A stretch of DNA of 59,096 bases from an uncultured Boseongicola sp. (GCA_938016355.1 CALLWO010000001.1:1-59096); one strand, 5' to 3'; counted from the first letter of the stretch, positions 49,101-58,462 are shown. Numbers and translations are program-made. The notes: generated by a model from the letters alone, not told the origin.

Positions 49101-50918
49101 CTATTCCATGGCCTCCAATTCGTCGATGAAGCCCGAGATCATGCTCAGGCCCTTGTCCCAGAAGGCCGGATCAGAGGCGTCCAGCCCAAAGGGTGCCAGA
49201 AGCTCTTTGTGATGTTTCGATCCACCCGCCTTCAGCATATCAAAGTATTTCTTTTGGAAATCCGGATCGCCTTCTTCATAGACCGCATAAAGCGCGTTCA
49301 CGAGCCCGTCGCCAAAGGCATAGGCATAAACATAAAACGGCGAATGAACGAAATGCGGAATATAGGCCCAGAAGCTCTCATAGCCGTCCATGAAGGTAAA
49401 TGCTGGCCCTAGGCTTTCGCCCTGAACGCTCATCCAAAGCGCGCCGATGTCATCTGGGGTCAGTTCGCCCTGTCGGCGGGCATCGTGGAGTTTGCATTCG
49501 AAATCATAGAATGCGATCTGACGCACCACCGTGTTGATCATATCCTCGACTTTGCCCGCCAGCATGACCTTGCGCTCGGCATCACTGGGCGCATTGGCAA
49601 GAAGGCGGCGGAAGGTCAGCATCTCGCCAAAGACCGATGCGGTTTCAGCAAGTGTCAGCGGTGTGGAGGCCAAAAGCTCGCCCTGACCTGCGGCGAGACG
49701 CTGATGAACGCCATGGCCCAATTCATGCGCCAACGTCATCACATCGCGCGGCTTGCCCAGATAATTCAGCATGACATAGGGATGCGCGTCGGCGACGGTC
49801 GGGTGCGCGAACGCGCCGGGGGCTTTACCGGGCTTCACAGCCGCGTCGATCCAGCCTTTGTCAAAGAACGGCTCGGCCAGTCGCGCCATCTCAGGATCAA
49901 ACTCACCATAGGCCGCAAGCACGGTTTCGCGCGCTTCGTCCCAGCCCACCAACCGGTCGCTTTCCATCGGCAAGGGCGCGTTGCGATCCCAAACCTCCAT
50001 CACGTCCAGATCCATCCACTTGCGCTTCAGCTCGTAATAGCGATGCGACAGCTTGGGATATGCATTGACCACGGCATTGCGTAGCGCCTCGACCACCTCG
50101 GGCTCAACATGGTTTGAAAGATGCCGTCCGGTTTGCGGCGACGGCATTCCGCGCCAGCGATCCTCGATCTCTTTCTCTTTGGCGAGCGTGTTGTGGACGC
50201 GGGCAAAGACCTTGATGTTGTCGCCAAACACACGCGCCAATTCGCGCGATGCTGCCTCGCGTTTGCTGCGATCCTGCTCGGTCAGATCATTGAGCGTCGC
50301 CTCAAGTCCGCGCGTTTCCCCATCAATGGTGAATTCCAAACCGGCAATGGTTTCGTCAAACAGCCGGTTCCAGGCCGCGGCCCCAACCGTCGACTGGTCG
50401 TGCAGAAACTTCTCCAGCTCGTCGGACAATTGATAAGGGCGCATCGACCGCATGCGATCAAAGATCGGTTTATACCGTGCCAGATCGCTGTTTTCCCCGA
50501 ACCAGCCGTCCAGAACCGCGTCATCAATGCGATTGATCTCGAGCGAGAAAAACACAAGCGGCGTTGTAAAGGTGGTGATCCGGTCTTGCGCGTCTGACAT
50601 CGCCTTGGCGCGCTCTGCATCCGTTGTGATCTGATAATAGCGAAGGCCGATGAACGACATGATCCGACCGGCGATCAGGTCGATCTTTTCATATCGCAAT
50701 ACGCAATCAAGCATTGCCGCCGCGCTCAGTTCGGCGAGTTTGCCCTCAAAATCGGCGGCAAAATCGGCACAGGCCTTTTCCAGCCAATCCATATCGCGTT
50801 TGAATTCCGGCGCGTCGGGGCTGGGATAAAGATCGCTCAAATCCCACTCGGGCAAATCCCCAAGATCACGGGCACCGGCCTCGCTGGCATCAAAAACAGG
50901 ACGGGGATCAAAACGCAT
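49101..50918 (-). CDS. pepF: Oligoendopeptidase F (M3B metallopeptidase)
   Basis: 605 aa with zinc motif HELGHGVH and the downstream E (ETASVFGE). Confidence 0.92.
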   Translation of the reverse strand: MRFDPRPVFDASEAGARDLGDLPEWDLSDLYPSPDAPEFKRDMDWLEKACADFAADFEGKLAELSAAAMLDCVLRYEKIDLIAGRIMSFIGLRYYQITTDAERAKAMSDAQDRITTFTTPLVFFSLEINRIDDAVLDGWFGENSDLARYKPIFDRMRSMRPYQLSDELEKFLHDQSTVGAAAWNRLFDETIAGLEFTIDGETRGLEATLNDLTEQDRSKREAASRELARVFGDNIKVFARVHNTLAKEKEIEDRWRGMPSPQTGRHLSNHVEPEVVEALRNAVVNAYPKLSHRYYELKRKWMDLDVMEVWDRNAPLPMESDRLVGWDEARETVLAAYGEFDPEMARLAEPFFDKGWIDAAVKPGKAPGAFAHPTVADAHPYVMLNYLGKPRDVMTLAHELGHGVHQRLAAGQGELLASTPLTLAETASVFGEMLTFRRLLANAPSDAERKVMLAGKVEDMINTVVRQIAFYDFECKLHDARRQGELTPDDIGALWMSVQGESLGPAFTFMDGYESFWAYIPHFVHSPFYVYAYAFGDGLVNALYAVYEEGDPDFQKKYFDMLKAGGSKHHKELLAPFGLDASDPAFWDKGLSMISGFIDELEAME

Positions 50919-50969
50919 GTGAAAAGCTCCTTAAATCTGCCCCCAAGACATAGGGTGCCACCGCGTGTT

Positions 50970-51869
50970 TCAAAAGCCGAAAAGCGTCTGAGGCGCGTCA
51001 ACAAGCACCCGCCGCCGCGTCTCGGCATTTGTCACTACGTCGCCAAAGGCGTTCAAAAGCACGCCTGCATCGGGCATATGCGCGTCACCCAGCATCAGAT
51101 GTGGCCAGTCTGACCCCCAAAGGCACTGGTCAGGATTGGCATTGACCAAAGCCTCGACAAGGGGCGCGACCCGGGTCGGGTCATGAGAAATACGATAGAT
51201 TGCGCTCAACTTCACATAAGCATGTCCATCCGAAACCAGCCGTAAGAGCGCCTGAAATCCCGGGCTTTGTGGCGACAAGTCTTCGGCTGGCCACCCGCAA
51301 TGATCAAAAACCACAGGGCAGGGCAAGGCACGCACATCTGCTTCCAGATCTGCGATGTGGCGATCGGCATGGGCGAGCATCTGAATATGCATGCCACGCT
51401 CCGCCAGAGCAGGCGCCATCGCAACCGCCCCGTCCCACGTCAAAATGCCACCATGGACATAGTTCAGACGGACCGCCGACATCCGCGCATCCGCCAGCGC
51501 ATCAATTTCGGCTTCAGCTGCACCATCGGGCAACAACCCAACGCCACGCGCGCGACCGCCAAAGCGGCGCACGGCCTCGATCGTGACCGAATTGTCCGCG
51601 CCATAAAGGATGGAATGCACAAAGACCGCGCGCGCCATGCCAAGGGTAGCCAAATGCGCCTCAAACAACTGGATCCAGCCGTCAAAATCGCGCCCCGGCG
51701 CGGGGTTTTCAATGCGACCGTCCCAAAGCGGAAAGTCCGCAGCGCCCGCCACCATATGCACATGCGCATCCGCCGCGCCCTCGGGCACATCAAAGCCGGG
51801 GGCCGTAGGCACAGCCATGGGTTCATTCGCGTCAGGTAAAGCCATGTCGACATCCTTCATTTTTCCCAT
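50970..51869 (-). CDS. Amidohydrolase-2 family metal-dependent hydrolase (LigI-like lactonase fold)
   Basis: DAHVHMV..., VFDHCGWP and LWGSDWPH motifs. The start is ambiguous among several in-frame Met codons. Confidence 0.78.
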   Translation of the reverse strand: MGKMKDVDMALPDANEPMAVPTAPGFDVPEGAADAHVHMVAGAADFPLWDGRIENPAPGRDFDGWIQLFEAHLATLGMARAVFVHSILYGADNSVTIEAVRRFGGRARGVGLLPDGAAEAEIDALADARMSAVRLNYVHGGILTWDGAVAMAPALAERGMHIQMLAHADRHIADLEADVRALPCPVVFDHCGWPAEDLSPQSPGFQALLRLVSDGHAYVKLSAIYRISHDPTRVAPLVEALVNANPDQCLWGSDWPHLMLGDAHMPDAGVLLNAFGDVVTNAETRRRVLVDAPQTLFGF

Positions 51870-51954
51870 AAATACTCCGGGGGAGTCCGGTCTGAAAGAC
51901 CGGATGGGGGCAGAGCCCCCGCCTGCCGCGACGACGTCAGTCGGCGCAATCGGA

Positions 51955-53562
51955 TTATCCGTAGACGGCGAGCATGCTTTTCAGATCATCCAGCGTATTT
52001 GCCTCGTCCACGGGTTTGTCTTTGCGCCAGCGCGCCATGCGCGGAAACCGCAAGGCGACGCCAGATTTGTGGCGCGTGCTGGCCTGGATGCCTTCGAACG
52101 CGATCTCAAACACGTGTTGGGCTTTGACAGAGCGCACCGGCCCAAAGCGCTCGCGGGTGTTTTTGCGCACCCATGCCGTAATCTCGCGAAACTCCGCGTC
52201 GGTGAGGCCGGAATACGCTTTGGTAAACGGCACAAGATCGTTACCGTTCCAGACGGCAAACGTGAAATCCGTAAAAAGGTTGGCGCGGCGTCCGTGCCCG
52301 GCTTGAGCATAGATCATCACCGCGTCGATCACCAAAGGATCAACTTTCCACTTCCACCAATCACCCTTGCGCCGACCGTCCCGATAGGCGCTGTCGCGAC
52401 GTTTGAGCATGACGCCTTCGGCTCCGATCTCGCGCGCAGCACCGCGCAATCTCGCAAGCTGGGTCCAGTCGCCAAAATCAAGAAGCGGAGACAATCGCAA
52501 TGGCACGTCTTCGGGCAGGGTCGCCATAACGCGATGCAGCTTGTCGCGGCGCTGAGCAAAGGGAAGAGCGCGAATGTCTTCGCCGCCGTCTTCTAAAATG
52601 TCATAGGCGCGCAGGATCACAGGGGCGTCGCGCAACAATTTGGCGGGCACGGTCTTGCGGCCGATGCGCTTTTGAAGAGCCGCGAAAGGTTGTGGCGTCT
52701 CGTCGAGCCAAACCAGCACTTCGCCGTCAAGCACCGTTCCTGGGGGGACGAAATCGCAGGCGCGCGCAAATTCCGGAAACCGATCCGTCATCAATTCTTC
52801 GCCGCGCGACCAGAGATGATGTTCGCCGTCGCGCAGGATCAACTGGCCGCGGATACCATCCCATTTATGTTCGGCGGCCCAATCCGTCGGATCGCCAAGG
52901 TCCGCGATATCGCCATCCAACTGATAGGCCAGATAGAACGGATAGGGTTTTGAGAGGTCGGCCGCAGGATTTGGCGCAAGGATAAGGTCTTCGAAAGTGG
53001 TGGTATCCGGGCTCCAGCCACCCATCAGGCGGTGCGCCAAAGCGCTCTCTTCGATACCGGTTGATTTGGACAGCGCGCGGGTCATGAGCTTTTGGCTTAC
53101 ACCCATGCGAAACCCGCCGGTGATCAACTTGTTGAACAGAAACCGTTCGGTGCGCGGGAGCTGATCCCAGAAGGTGTGGACGCGCGCTTTTCTCGCGTCT
53201 TCGTCCAAAGTGGCGAGCGCGCGAATTTCGGTGATCCAGTGGGTCAGGCTATGGTCTGAAGCGTTCTCGGCCTCGGGCAGCACGAGCGCAATGGTTTCAG
53301 CGAGATCACCAACGATCGGGTAGCTTTCCTCAAACATCCAAAGCGGGATGCCTGCCCGTTCGGCAGCCCATTCGCGCAGTTTCGTCGATGTCACGCTGCG
53401 TTTTGGACGGCGCCCCGACAGGATGGCGATAGTCCAGAGTTTGTCGGTTTCGCGTGCTGTGTCGAAATAGGCGGCAAGAGCCGCGACCTTTTCAGACGTG
53501 CGCGTGGTTTGATCCAGCGCCTGAAAAAGATCGGCAAAGCGCTTCACGATGCCACCGCGCAT
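51955..53562 (-). CDS. ATP-dependent DNA ligase (about 530 aa; the class often annotated as cisplatin-damage-response ligase)
   Basis: Adenylation motif I AEHKWDGIRGQL, nucleotidyltransferase plus OB fold, N-terminal KRFADLFQALDQTTRTSEKVAALAAYF. Start candidates are the ATG at 53562, a GTG at 53547 and a TTG at 53580 (track). Confidence 0.9.
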   Translation of the reverse strand: MRGGIVKRFADLFQALDQTTRTSEKVAALAAYFDTARETDKLWTIAILSGRRPKRSVTSTKLREWAAERAGIPLWMFEESYPIVGDLAETIALVLPEAENASDHSLTHWITEIRALATLDEDARKARVHTFWDQLPRTERFLFNKLITGGFRMGVSQKLMTRALSKSTGIEESALAHRLMGGWSPDTTTFEDLILAPNPAADLSKPYPFYLAYQLDGDIADLGDPTDWAAEHKWDGIRGQLILRDGEHHLWSRGEELMTDRFPEFARACDFVPPGTVLDGEVLVWLDETPQPFAALQKRIGRKTVPAKLLRDAPVILRAYDILEDGGEDIRALPFAQRRDKLHRVMATLPEDVPLRLSPLLDFGDWTQLARLRGAAREIGAEGVMLKRRDSAYRDGRRKGDWWKWKVDPLVIDAVMIYAQAGHGRRANLFTDFTFAVWNGNDLVPFTKAYSGLTDAEFREITAWVRKNTRERFGPVRSVKAQHVFEIAFEGIQASTRHKSGVALRFPRMARWRKDKPVDEANTLDDLKSMLAVYG

Positions 53563-53590
53563 AAAAATCCGCCCTGACAAAGCAGGGCGG
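53562..53590 (-). terminator. Rho-independent terminator downstream of the DUF1127 gene, abutting the ligase start
   Basis: The minus strand reads CCGCCCTG-CTTTGT-CAGGGCGG followed by ATTTTTA. The U tract ends at the ligase ATG (53562). Confidence 0.55.
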
Positions 53591-53655
53591 ACAGTTGGTA
53601 TGCAGATCCATCGCGCATAGAGAGAGATGTAGCATGGGCACGAGGTCTGTCACAC

Positions 53656-53913
53656 TTAGCCAGCGCGACCGGTCAATGTTGCGCGACGCAGTTCGGTTTC
53701 CACGTCAACAGACAGCGGCCATGTCCGGGCGTCTTGAATATCGTCGCGGCTCAACCCGATGTCGTGAAGAATGTGGTCTTCGAGCTTCAAAAGCGTTTTC
53801 AGGCTGCGACGCTTGCGGCGCTGACGCAACATTGCGGTCAACTTGTTGGACAGGTCCAAAAGCGGATGTCCGACGGGCGCACAATGTGTGTCGAAATATG
53901 AATGATCGGTCAT
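53656..53913 (-). CDS. DUF1127 domain small protein
   Basis: RQRRKRRSLKTLLKLEDHILHDIGLSRDDI is the Arg-rich DUF1127 signature. The ATG at 53913 is preceded by AGGAG. The track ORF starts at 53994. Confidence 0.8.
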   Translation of the reverse strand: MTDHSYFDTHCAPVGHPLLDLSNKLTAMLRQRRKRRSLKTLLKLEDHILHDIGLSRDDIQDARTWPLSVDVETELRRATLTGRAG

Positions 53914-54043
53914 GTCTAAGTCTCCTGTTTTAATAGTCAGAGACGTCTCGTTGGTCTCGGGAATGAATATGCAGGCTGGACATACATCAATCAAACGAAT
54001 AGATTTGATCTTATCATGCAGTTTTTTTGAAGGATTAGATTCG

Positions 54044-54928
54044 ATGAACGCGCCGGTGCAAATTCAAATGCCGCTCTTTGATCTTGATCTCTTGCGCACG
54101 CTTGTCGCGATTGCCGAAACCGGCAGTTTCTCGGGCGCGGCCACGGCGGTTTTCCGAACGCCGTCGGCGATCTCCATGCAGGTCAAGAAGATGGAAGAGA
54201 TCATTGATCGCCCGCTTTTCATCCGCGACAGCCGCTCGGTGACTTTGACCGCCGATGGCGCATATCTTTTGGAGCATGCGCGCCGAATGTTGGCGTTAAA
54301 CCGCGAAGCGGTGGCGCGGTTTATTGAACCCGATTTGCAAGGCGTTGTGCGCCTTGGTGCGCCGGACGATGTGGCCGAGCGTTTCTTGCCAAATATGCTG
54401 CGCCGATTTGCTGACAGCCATCCCGGGGTCTCAGTGAACGTGGTGGTCGACAATTCGGACCGGATGATCGAGATGTACGACGCCGGTGATCTGGATATGA
54501 CGTTGATCACCTGTGACGCCGGGTTTGAGGGCGATCATCAGGCCGAGATCATGTTGCGTGAACAACTGGTCTGGGCGGTGCGCCAGGGCGGGATCGCGGC
54601 TGAGCAAAGCCCGATGCCAATCTCTGTCTGGGAAGAGGGCTGCGTCTGGAGGAAGGCGGGCACGGAAGGCTTGGATGCGCAGGGTCGCGCCTGGCGGATC
54701 GCGTTTCAAAGCGCCCATATCACCGGACAGCGCGCCGCGATCCTTGCGGATCTGGCGATTGCGCCCGTTCCGAAATCTGCGCTTGGTGGTGAGATTATCG
54801 AAGCACCGGCCAAACATGGTTTGCCGGATCTGCCGGAATATGCGCTTGGGCTGATTTGGGGCAAAAACAAAAATGCGGTTGTGGCTGCTGCTGCAGATCA
54901 CTTGCGCGCAAGCTTCGCCCAAAAATAG
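54044..54928 (+). CDS. LysR-family transcriptional regulator
   Basis: HTH region LDLLRTLVAIAETGSFSGAATAVFRTPSAISMQVKKMEE plus a LysR substrate-binding domain. I prefer the ATG at 54044; it is divergent from the DUF1127 gene. Confidence 0.9.
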   Translation: MNAPVQIQMPLFDLDLLRTLVAIAETGSFSGAATAVFRTPSAISMQVKKMEEIIDRPLFIRDSRSVTLTADGAYLLEHARRMLALNREAVARFIEPDLQGVVRLGAPDDVAERFLPNMLRRFADSHPGVSVNVVVDNSDRMIEMYDAGDLDMTLITCDAGFEGDHQAEIMLREQLVWAVRQGGIAAEQSPMPISVWEEGCVWRKAGTEGLDAQGRAWRIAFQSAHITGQRAAILADLAIAPVPKSALGGEIIEAPAKHGLPDLPEYALGLIWGKNKNAVVAAAADHLRASFAQK

Positions 54929-54929
54929 G

Positions 54930-54961
54930 AATAGCGCCGGCCCATAAAGGACGGCGCTATT
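54930..54961. terminator. 10-bp perfect stem-loop between the convergent LysR and chrR genes
   Basis: AATAGCGCCG-N12-CGGCGCTATT, with AT-rich flanks on both sides. Confidence 0.45.
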
Positions 54962-54980
54962 TAAAGATGTTTCTGATTGA

Positions 54981-55628
54981 TCAGATACCGAAGAACGGTT
55001 GCGCGATGCGAGGGATCAGTCCACGGAAGCGCAACGGGGCGTCAGTGGCGGCAAGGCAAATGCAGTCTTCGCCTTCCTCGGCAATCGGCGTGTGGTGAAG
55101 GTCCTCATTGGCAATCTCGATATCGCCGCGCGCAAACCGGTCATCTTCATCCTTGAACGCGCCCTTTAGGACGAGCGTCAATTCCGTGCCACGGTGACCA
55201 TGATCGGGCATCGCAGCGCCAGCAGGGATTGAAAGCAGACGCACAGTCGCATCTTTCGATGTTTCCAGAACGGCTTGCTTTACACCCCCGGGAATTGTGC
55301 GCCATTGGACCGCGGACAGATCACCGCCGACATAATCCCGGAGCGGTGAGGGAAAAACCGCATCCTTTGCCGGCTGAGTGACCTTGATCGGCTCTTTGGG
55401 CCCGTCGTCGATCAGCGCGAAGGTTGCATCGAGCGCGTCGTCGGTCAGGTCGGCGACTTCTTCGTCCAGAAGCGCGCCGCCGAGGGCTTCAAAACTTTCC
55501 AAACGCGCGCGGCAGTCGTCGCATAGTGAGATATGCGTCGCCACAACGAGGCTGAACGCTTCGGGCAGGTTTGCCGTCGCATAGCCCATCAGGAGCGCGT
55601 CGTTCAGGTGATGGTTAATGTTGCTCAT
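54981..55628 (-). CDS. chrR: ChrR-family anti-sigma-E factor (ZAS N-terminal domain plus cupin C-terminal domain)
   Basis: Zinc motif H-x3-C-x2-C (THISLCDDC) and a cupin HGHRGTELTLVLKGAF. It lies immediately downstream of the ECF sigma gene. Confidence 0.88.
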   Translation of the reverse strand: MSNINHHLNDALLMGYATANLPEAFSLVVATHISLCDDCRARLESFEALGGALLDEEVADLTDDALDATFALIDDGPKEPIKVTQPAKDAVFPSPLRDYVGGDLSAVQWRTIPGGVKQAVLETSKDATVRLLSIPAGAAMPDHGHRGTELTLVLKGAFKDEDDRFARGDIEIANEDLHHTPIAEEGEDCICLAATDAPLRFRGLIPRIAQPFFGI

Positions 55629-55634
55629 TTCGGT

Positions 55635-56186
55635 TCACTTCATTGCGTGGCGCAATCGATCCAGCGCCAGGCGTATCCTTGATTTTATTGTTCCAAGTGG
55701 AAGGCCAGTTTCTTCCGCTATCTCGCTATGACTTAGTTCGCCGAAGTAGGCCCGCTCGATCAAAAGTTTTTGCTTTTCTGGCAAATCAGAGATCGCTTGA
55801 ACCAATCGGTCGCTTTCTTGTTGCATCATTACCACATCGGCTTGATCGGGCTCTTCTTCCGGCCCCCAAGTCAGATCTTCTGGTTCTGGGCGTTTCTGTT
55901 TGCGCAACGCGTCAATCATCTTGTTGCGTGCAATGGTGTATATCCATGTCGACACGCTGGCGCGTGCGGGATCAAACAGATGTGCCTTTTGCCAGAGTGT
56001 GGCCATAACCTCCTGTGTGCATTCTTCGGCCAAAGCTTCGCTTGTGCCGGACTTCATTAAAAACGCCTTCACCCGTGGGGCAAAATGGCGGAACACCGAT
56101 GCAAACGCGCGGCGGTCTTTGTCGATATGTATTCTGCGGACCAGAGCGGTCCAGTCGTCTTTTGATCTTTCGACCATATTGGTCAT
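55635..56186 (-). CDS. rpoE: ECF sigma factor (RpoE of the RpoE-ChrR pair)
   Basis: Sigma-70 region 2 (ALAEECTQEVMATLWQKAHLFDP...STWIYTIARNKMID) and region 4 (LSHSEIAEETGLPLGTIKSRIRLALDRL). I prefer the ATG at 56186. The track ORF starts at 56285, which would leave no leader after the promoter candidate. Confidence 0.88.
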   Translation of the reverse strand: MTNMVERSKDDWTALVRRIHIDKDRRAFASVFRHFAPRVKAFLMKSGTSEALAEECTQEVMATLWQKAHLFDPARASVSTWIYTIARNKMIDALRKQKRPEPEDLTWGPEEEPDQADVVMMQQESDRLVQAISDLPEKQKLLIERAYFGELSHSEIAEETGLPLGTIKSRIRLALDRLRHAMK

Positions 56187-56295
56187 CGTCTTTTTCTTCC
56201 GGGTATCGGGAGGCCTCATCGTGCTGCCATAGGAAGGCAGATCGACATGCTCATCAACGTCCCGGATTATCATATCTTTTGGCATTTGTTAGGGA

Positions 56296-56322
56296 TTACG
56301 GGCTGACGTTGCGTTCGGATCA
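56296..56322 (-). promoter_or_regulatory. ECF (sigma-E-type) autoregulatory promoter candidate: TGATCC-N16-CGTAA
   Basis: The minus strand reads TGATCC gaacgcaacgtcagcc CGTAA. This matches my recollection of the TGATCC -35 of RpoE/ChrR-dependent promoters and the CGT-type -10 of ECF sigmas. Confidence 0.4.
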
Positions 56323-56408
56323 TAAAAAGTCAGGCAATTCAGTTTTTTGTCATCTGAATCCCCGGTTGTCGCGTACACCAACCAGAAGAATAAAGGCTGG
56401 AGACCTGG

Positions 56409-57704
56409 ATGCCGTTTGAATCGCGCGACGTCGTCGCAAAAAGAATAGCTGTGATCGGCGGTGGAATTTCAGGGATGGGCGCAGCCTATCACCTGTCTGA
56501 GACGCATAATATCGTGTTGTTTGAGTCCGAGACCCGGTTAGGGGGGCATGCGCGGACGATTGTCGCGGGCAAGAACGGAGATCAGCCGGTCGATACCGGG
56601 TTTATCGTTTTCAACTATGCCAATTATCCGCATCTTGCTTCGCTTTTTGCAGCGCTTGATGTGCCCGTTACGGAAAGCGCGATGAGTTTCGGGGCGTCAG
56701 TACGCGGTGGCGGGCTGGAATACGGTCTGGCAAGTGTCGATGCGGTTTTCGCACAGCGCAAGAACATGTTGCGACCGCGTTATCTTCGAATGGTGCGCGA
56801 CATCGTGCGGTTCAATAAAGAGGCCGAAGGTGCGCTTGAGGCGGGCATGACGATCGGAGATCTTTGTGCAAAGCTTCGGATGTCGAAATGGTTTTGTGAA
56901 TACTATTTGACGCCGTTTTCCGGTGCGATCTGGTCGACGCCAACCCAGCATATGATGGATTTCCCGGCCGAGGCGATGATCCGGTTCTTCCGCAACCACG
57001 GCATTCTGGATTGGAACGAGAACCATCAGTGGTTCACGGTTGACGGCGGGTCCGTTCAATATGTGACGCGGCTTGGCGCAGCACTTGAAGCGCGCGGCGT
57101 CGATGTTCGCCTGGGCGCGCATATGGCGGCGGTGAGGCGCACGGCATTTGGCGTTGAGGTGCGTGTTGAGGGTGGTGAGTGGGAAGCGTTTGATGACGTG
57201 GTTTTCGCGACCCATTCCGATGACACTCTGGCGCTTTTGACGGACGCAACCGGCGTCGAGCGGACGGCTTTGTCTTCGGTGAAGTACCAATCGAACCGGG
57301 CGGTGCTGCACGCGGACGCGCAGGTCATGCCCCGGCACAAGAAAGCGTGGTCGTCGTGGTGTTATGTCGACACGGGCAAAGCGCCCGACCAGCCGATTGA
57401 TCTGAGTTACTGGATGAATTCGCTTCAGCCTATTCCGCACGATGATCCGATGTTTGTGACTTTGAACCGCGATGCGCCGATCCGGGACGAACTGATTTAT
57501 GACGAGACGGTTTTCCGCCACCCGGTTTACGACCTTGCTGCCTTAGCCGCACAAGACACGATCCGCGCGATCAACGGGCAGAACCGGACGTGGTTTTGTG
57601 GCGCTTGGATGAAAAACGGATTCCACGAAGACGGGCTTTCGAGCGCAATTGATGTCGTCGAAGGAATTGCGCGCGGCCATGCGCTGGCGATTGCAGCAGA
57701 ATGA
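56409..57704 (+). CDS. FAD/NAD-binding amine-oxidase-like oxidoreductase (UfaD-like fatty-acyl desaturase candidate)
   Basis: N-terminal Rossmann motif IAVIGGGISGMGAAYHL. It is divergent from rpoE-chrR and followed by a DUF1365 gene. Confidence 0.8.
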   Translation: MPFESRDVVAKRIAVIGGGISGMGAAYHLSETHNIVLFESETRLGGHARTIVAGKNGDQPVDTGFIVFNYANYPHLASLFAALDVPVTESAMSFGASVRGGGLEYGLASVDAVFAQRKNMLRPRYLRMVRDIVRFNKEAEGALEAGMTIGDLCAKLRMSKWFCEYYLTPFSGAIWSTPTQHMMDFPAEAMIRFFRNHGILDWNENHQWFTVDGGSVQYVTRLGAALEARGVDVRLGAHMAAVRRTAFGVEVRVEGGEWEAFDDVVFATHSDDTLALLTDATGVERTALSSVKYQSNRAVLHADAQVMPRHKKAWSSWCYVDTGKAPDQPIDLSYWMNSLQPIPHDDPMFVTLNRDAPIRDELIYDETVFRHPVYDLAALAAQDTIRAINGQNRTWFCGAWMKNGFHEDGLSSAIDVVEGIARGHALAIAAE

Positions 57705-58462
57705 ATGGACGCGTCGATCATATCGACGGGCTGACCTTTCACGGTCGCAAAGGTGCGCTGGAAAATGCGTTCACCTATACGGTGGATTATGTGCTGGTGA
57801 ATGCTGAAGACGAGGTGCGGGCGCCTTGGCCATTCCGTCGCAATCGCGCGGGGCTTTTTTCACTTCAGGACAGTGACCACGGCGGGGAACCGAAAGCCGG
57901 TCGCGGATCCGCTTGGGTGCGCGACGTTCTTGCAGCGCATAATGCCCCGTTTGAGATCGCGACGATTGAGCTTTTGGCGCAGCCGCGGGTTTTGGGACAT
58001 GTCTTTAACCCGGTTAGTTTTTGGCTGATCCGGGATAAGGCAGGAGATCTGCGCACAGTGATTCCAGAAGTGTCCAACACCTATGGCGACCGACATTCGT
58101 ACCTCTGCCATCACAATGACTGGCGCGCGATCACCCGCGAAGACACCCTTGGAGCAGAGAAAATTTTCTATGTTTCGCCGTTCCAACCGGTTGAGGGCGG
58201 CTACACGTTCCGCTTTGACATTCGGGACGAAAAGATCGGCATTTGGATCGACTATACCGCTGGAAACAATGGTCTTTTGGCGACGCTCACCGGGAAACGA
58301 CGCCCGCTGACAACCACTGCGATGCTGCGTGCGCTGGTGCGACGACCGCTTGGATCGCGGCGTGTACTGGGGCTTATTCATTGGCAGGCATTGAAGCTTT
58401 GGCTGAAAGGCGCGGGATTTCGCGCGCGACCTGAACCACCAGTTGAAGAGGTGTCGCGATGA
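57701..58462 (+). CDS. DUF1365 family protein (UfaO-like candidate)
   Basis: HGRKGALENAFTYTVDYVLV...FNPVSFWL...YVSPF pattern as I recall for DUF1365. ATGA overlaps at both ends. Confidence 0.75.
   Translation: MNGRVDHIDGLTFHGRKGALENAFTYTVDYVLVNAEDEVRAPWPFRRNRAGLFSLQDSDHGGEPKAGRGSAWVRDVLAAHNAPFEIATIELLAQPRVLGHVFNPVSFWLIRDKAGDLRTVIPEVSNTYGDRHSYLCHHNDWRAITREDTLGAEKIFYVSPFQPVEGGYTFRFDIRDEKIGIWIDYTAGNNGLLATLTGKRRPLTTTAMLRALVRRPLGSRRVLGLIHWQALKLWLKGAGFRARPEPPVEEVSR

Noticed and set aside
53999-54014. ATAGATTTGATCTTAT as a LysR T-N11-A box in the DUF1127/LysR intergenic region.
   Set aside because: Only a 4-bp palindromic core (AGAT-TTG-ATCT) is present, and the T-N11-A register does not fit cleanly. 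It is too short to distinguish from chance.
56355-56375. TGAATCC...CGTA as a sigma-E promoter for the plus-strand FAD-oxidoreductase operon.
   Set aside because: The spacer is only about 10 nt (about 16 expected), and the -35 needs an insertion relative to TGATCC. It is not a credible match.
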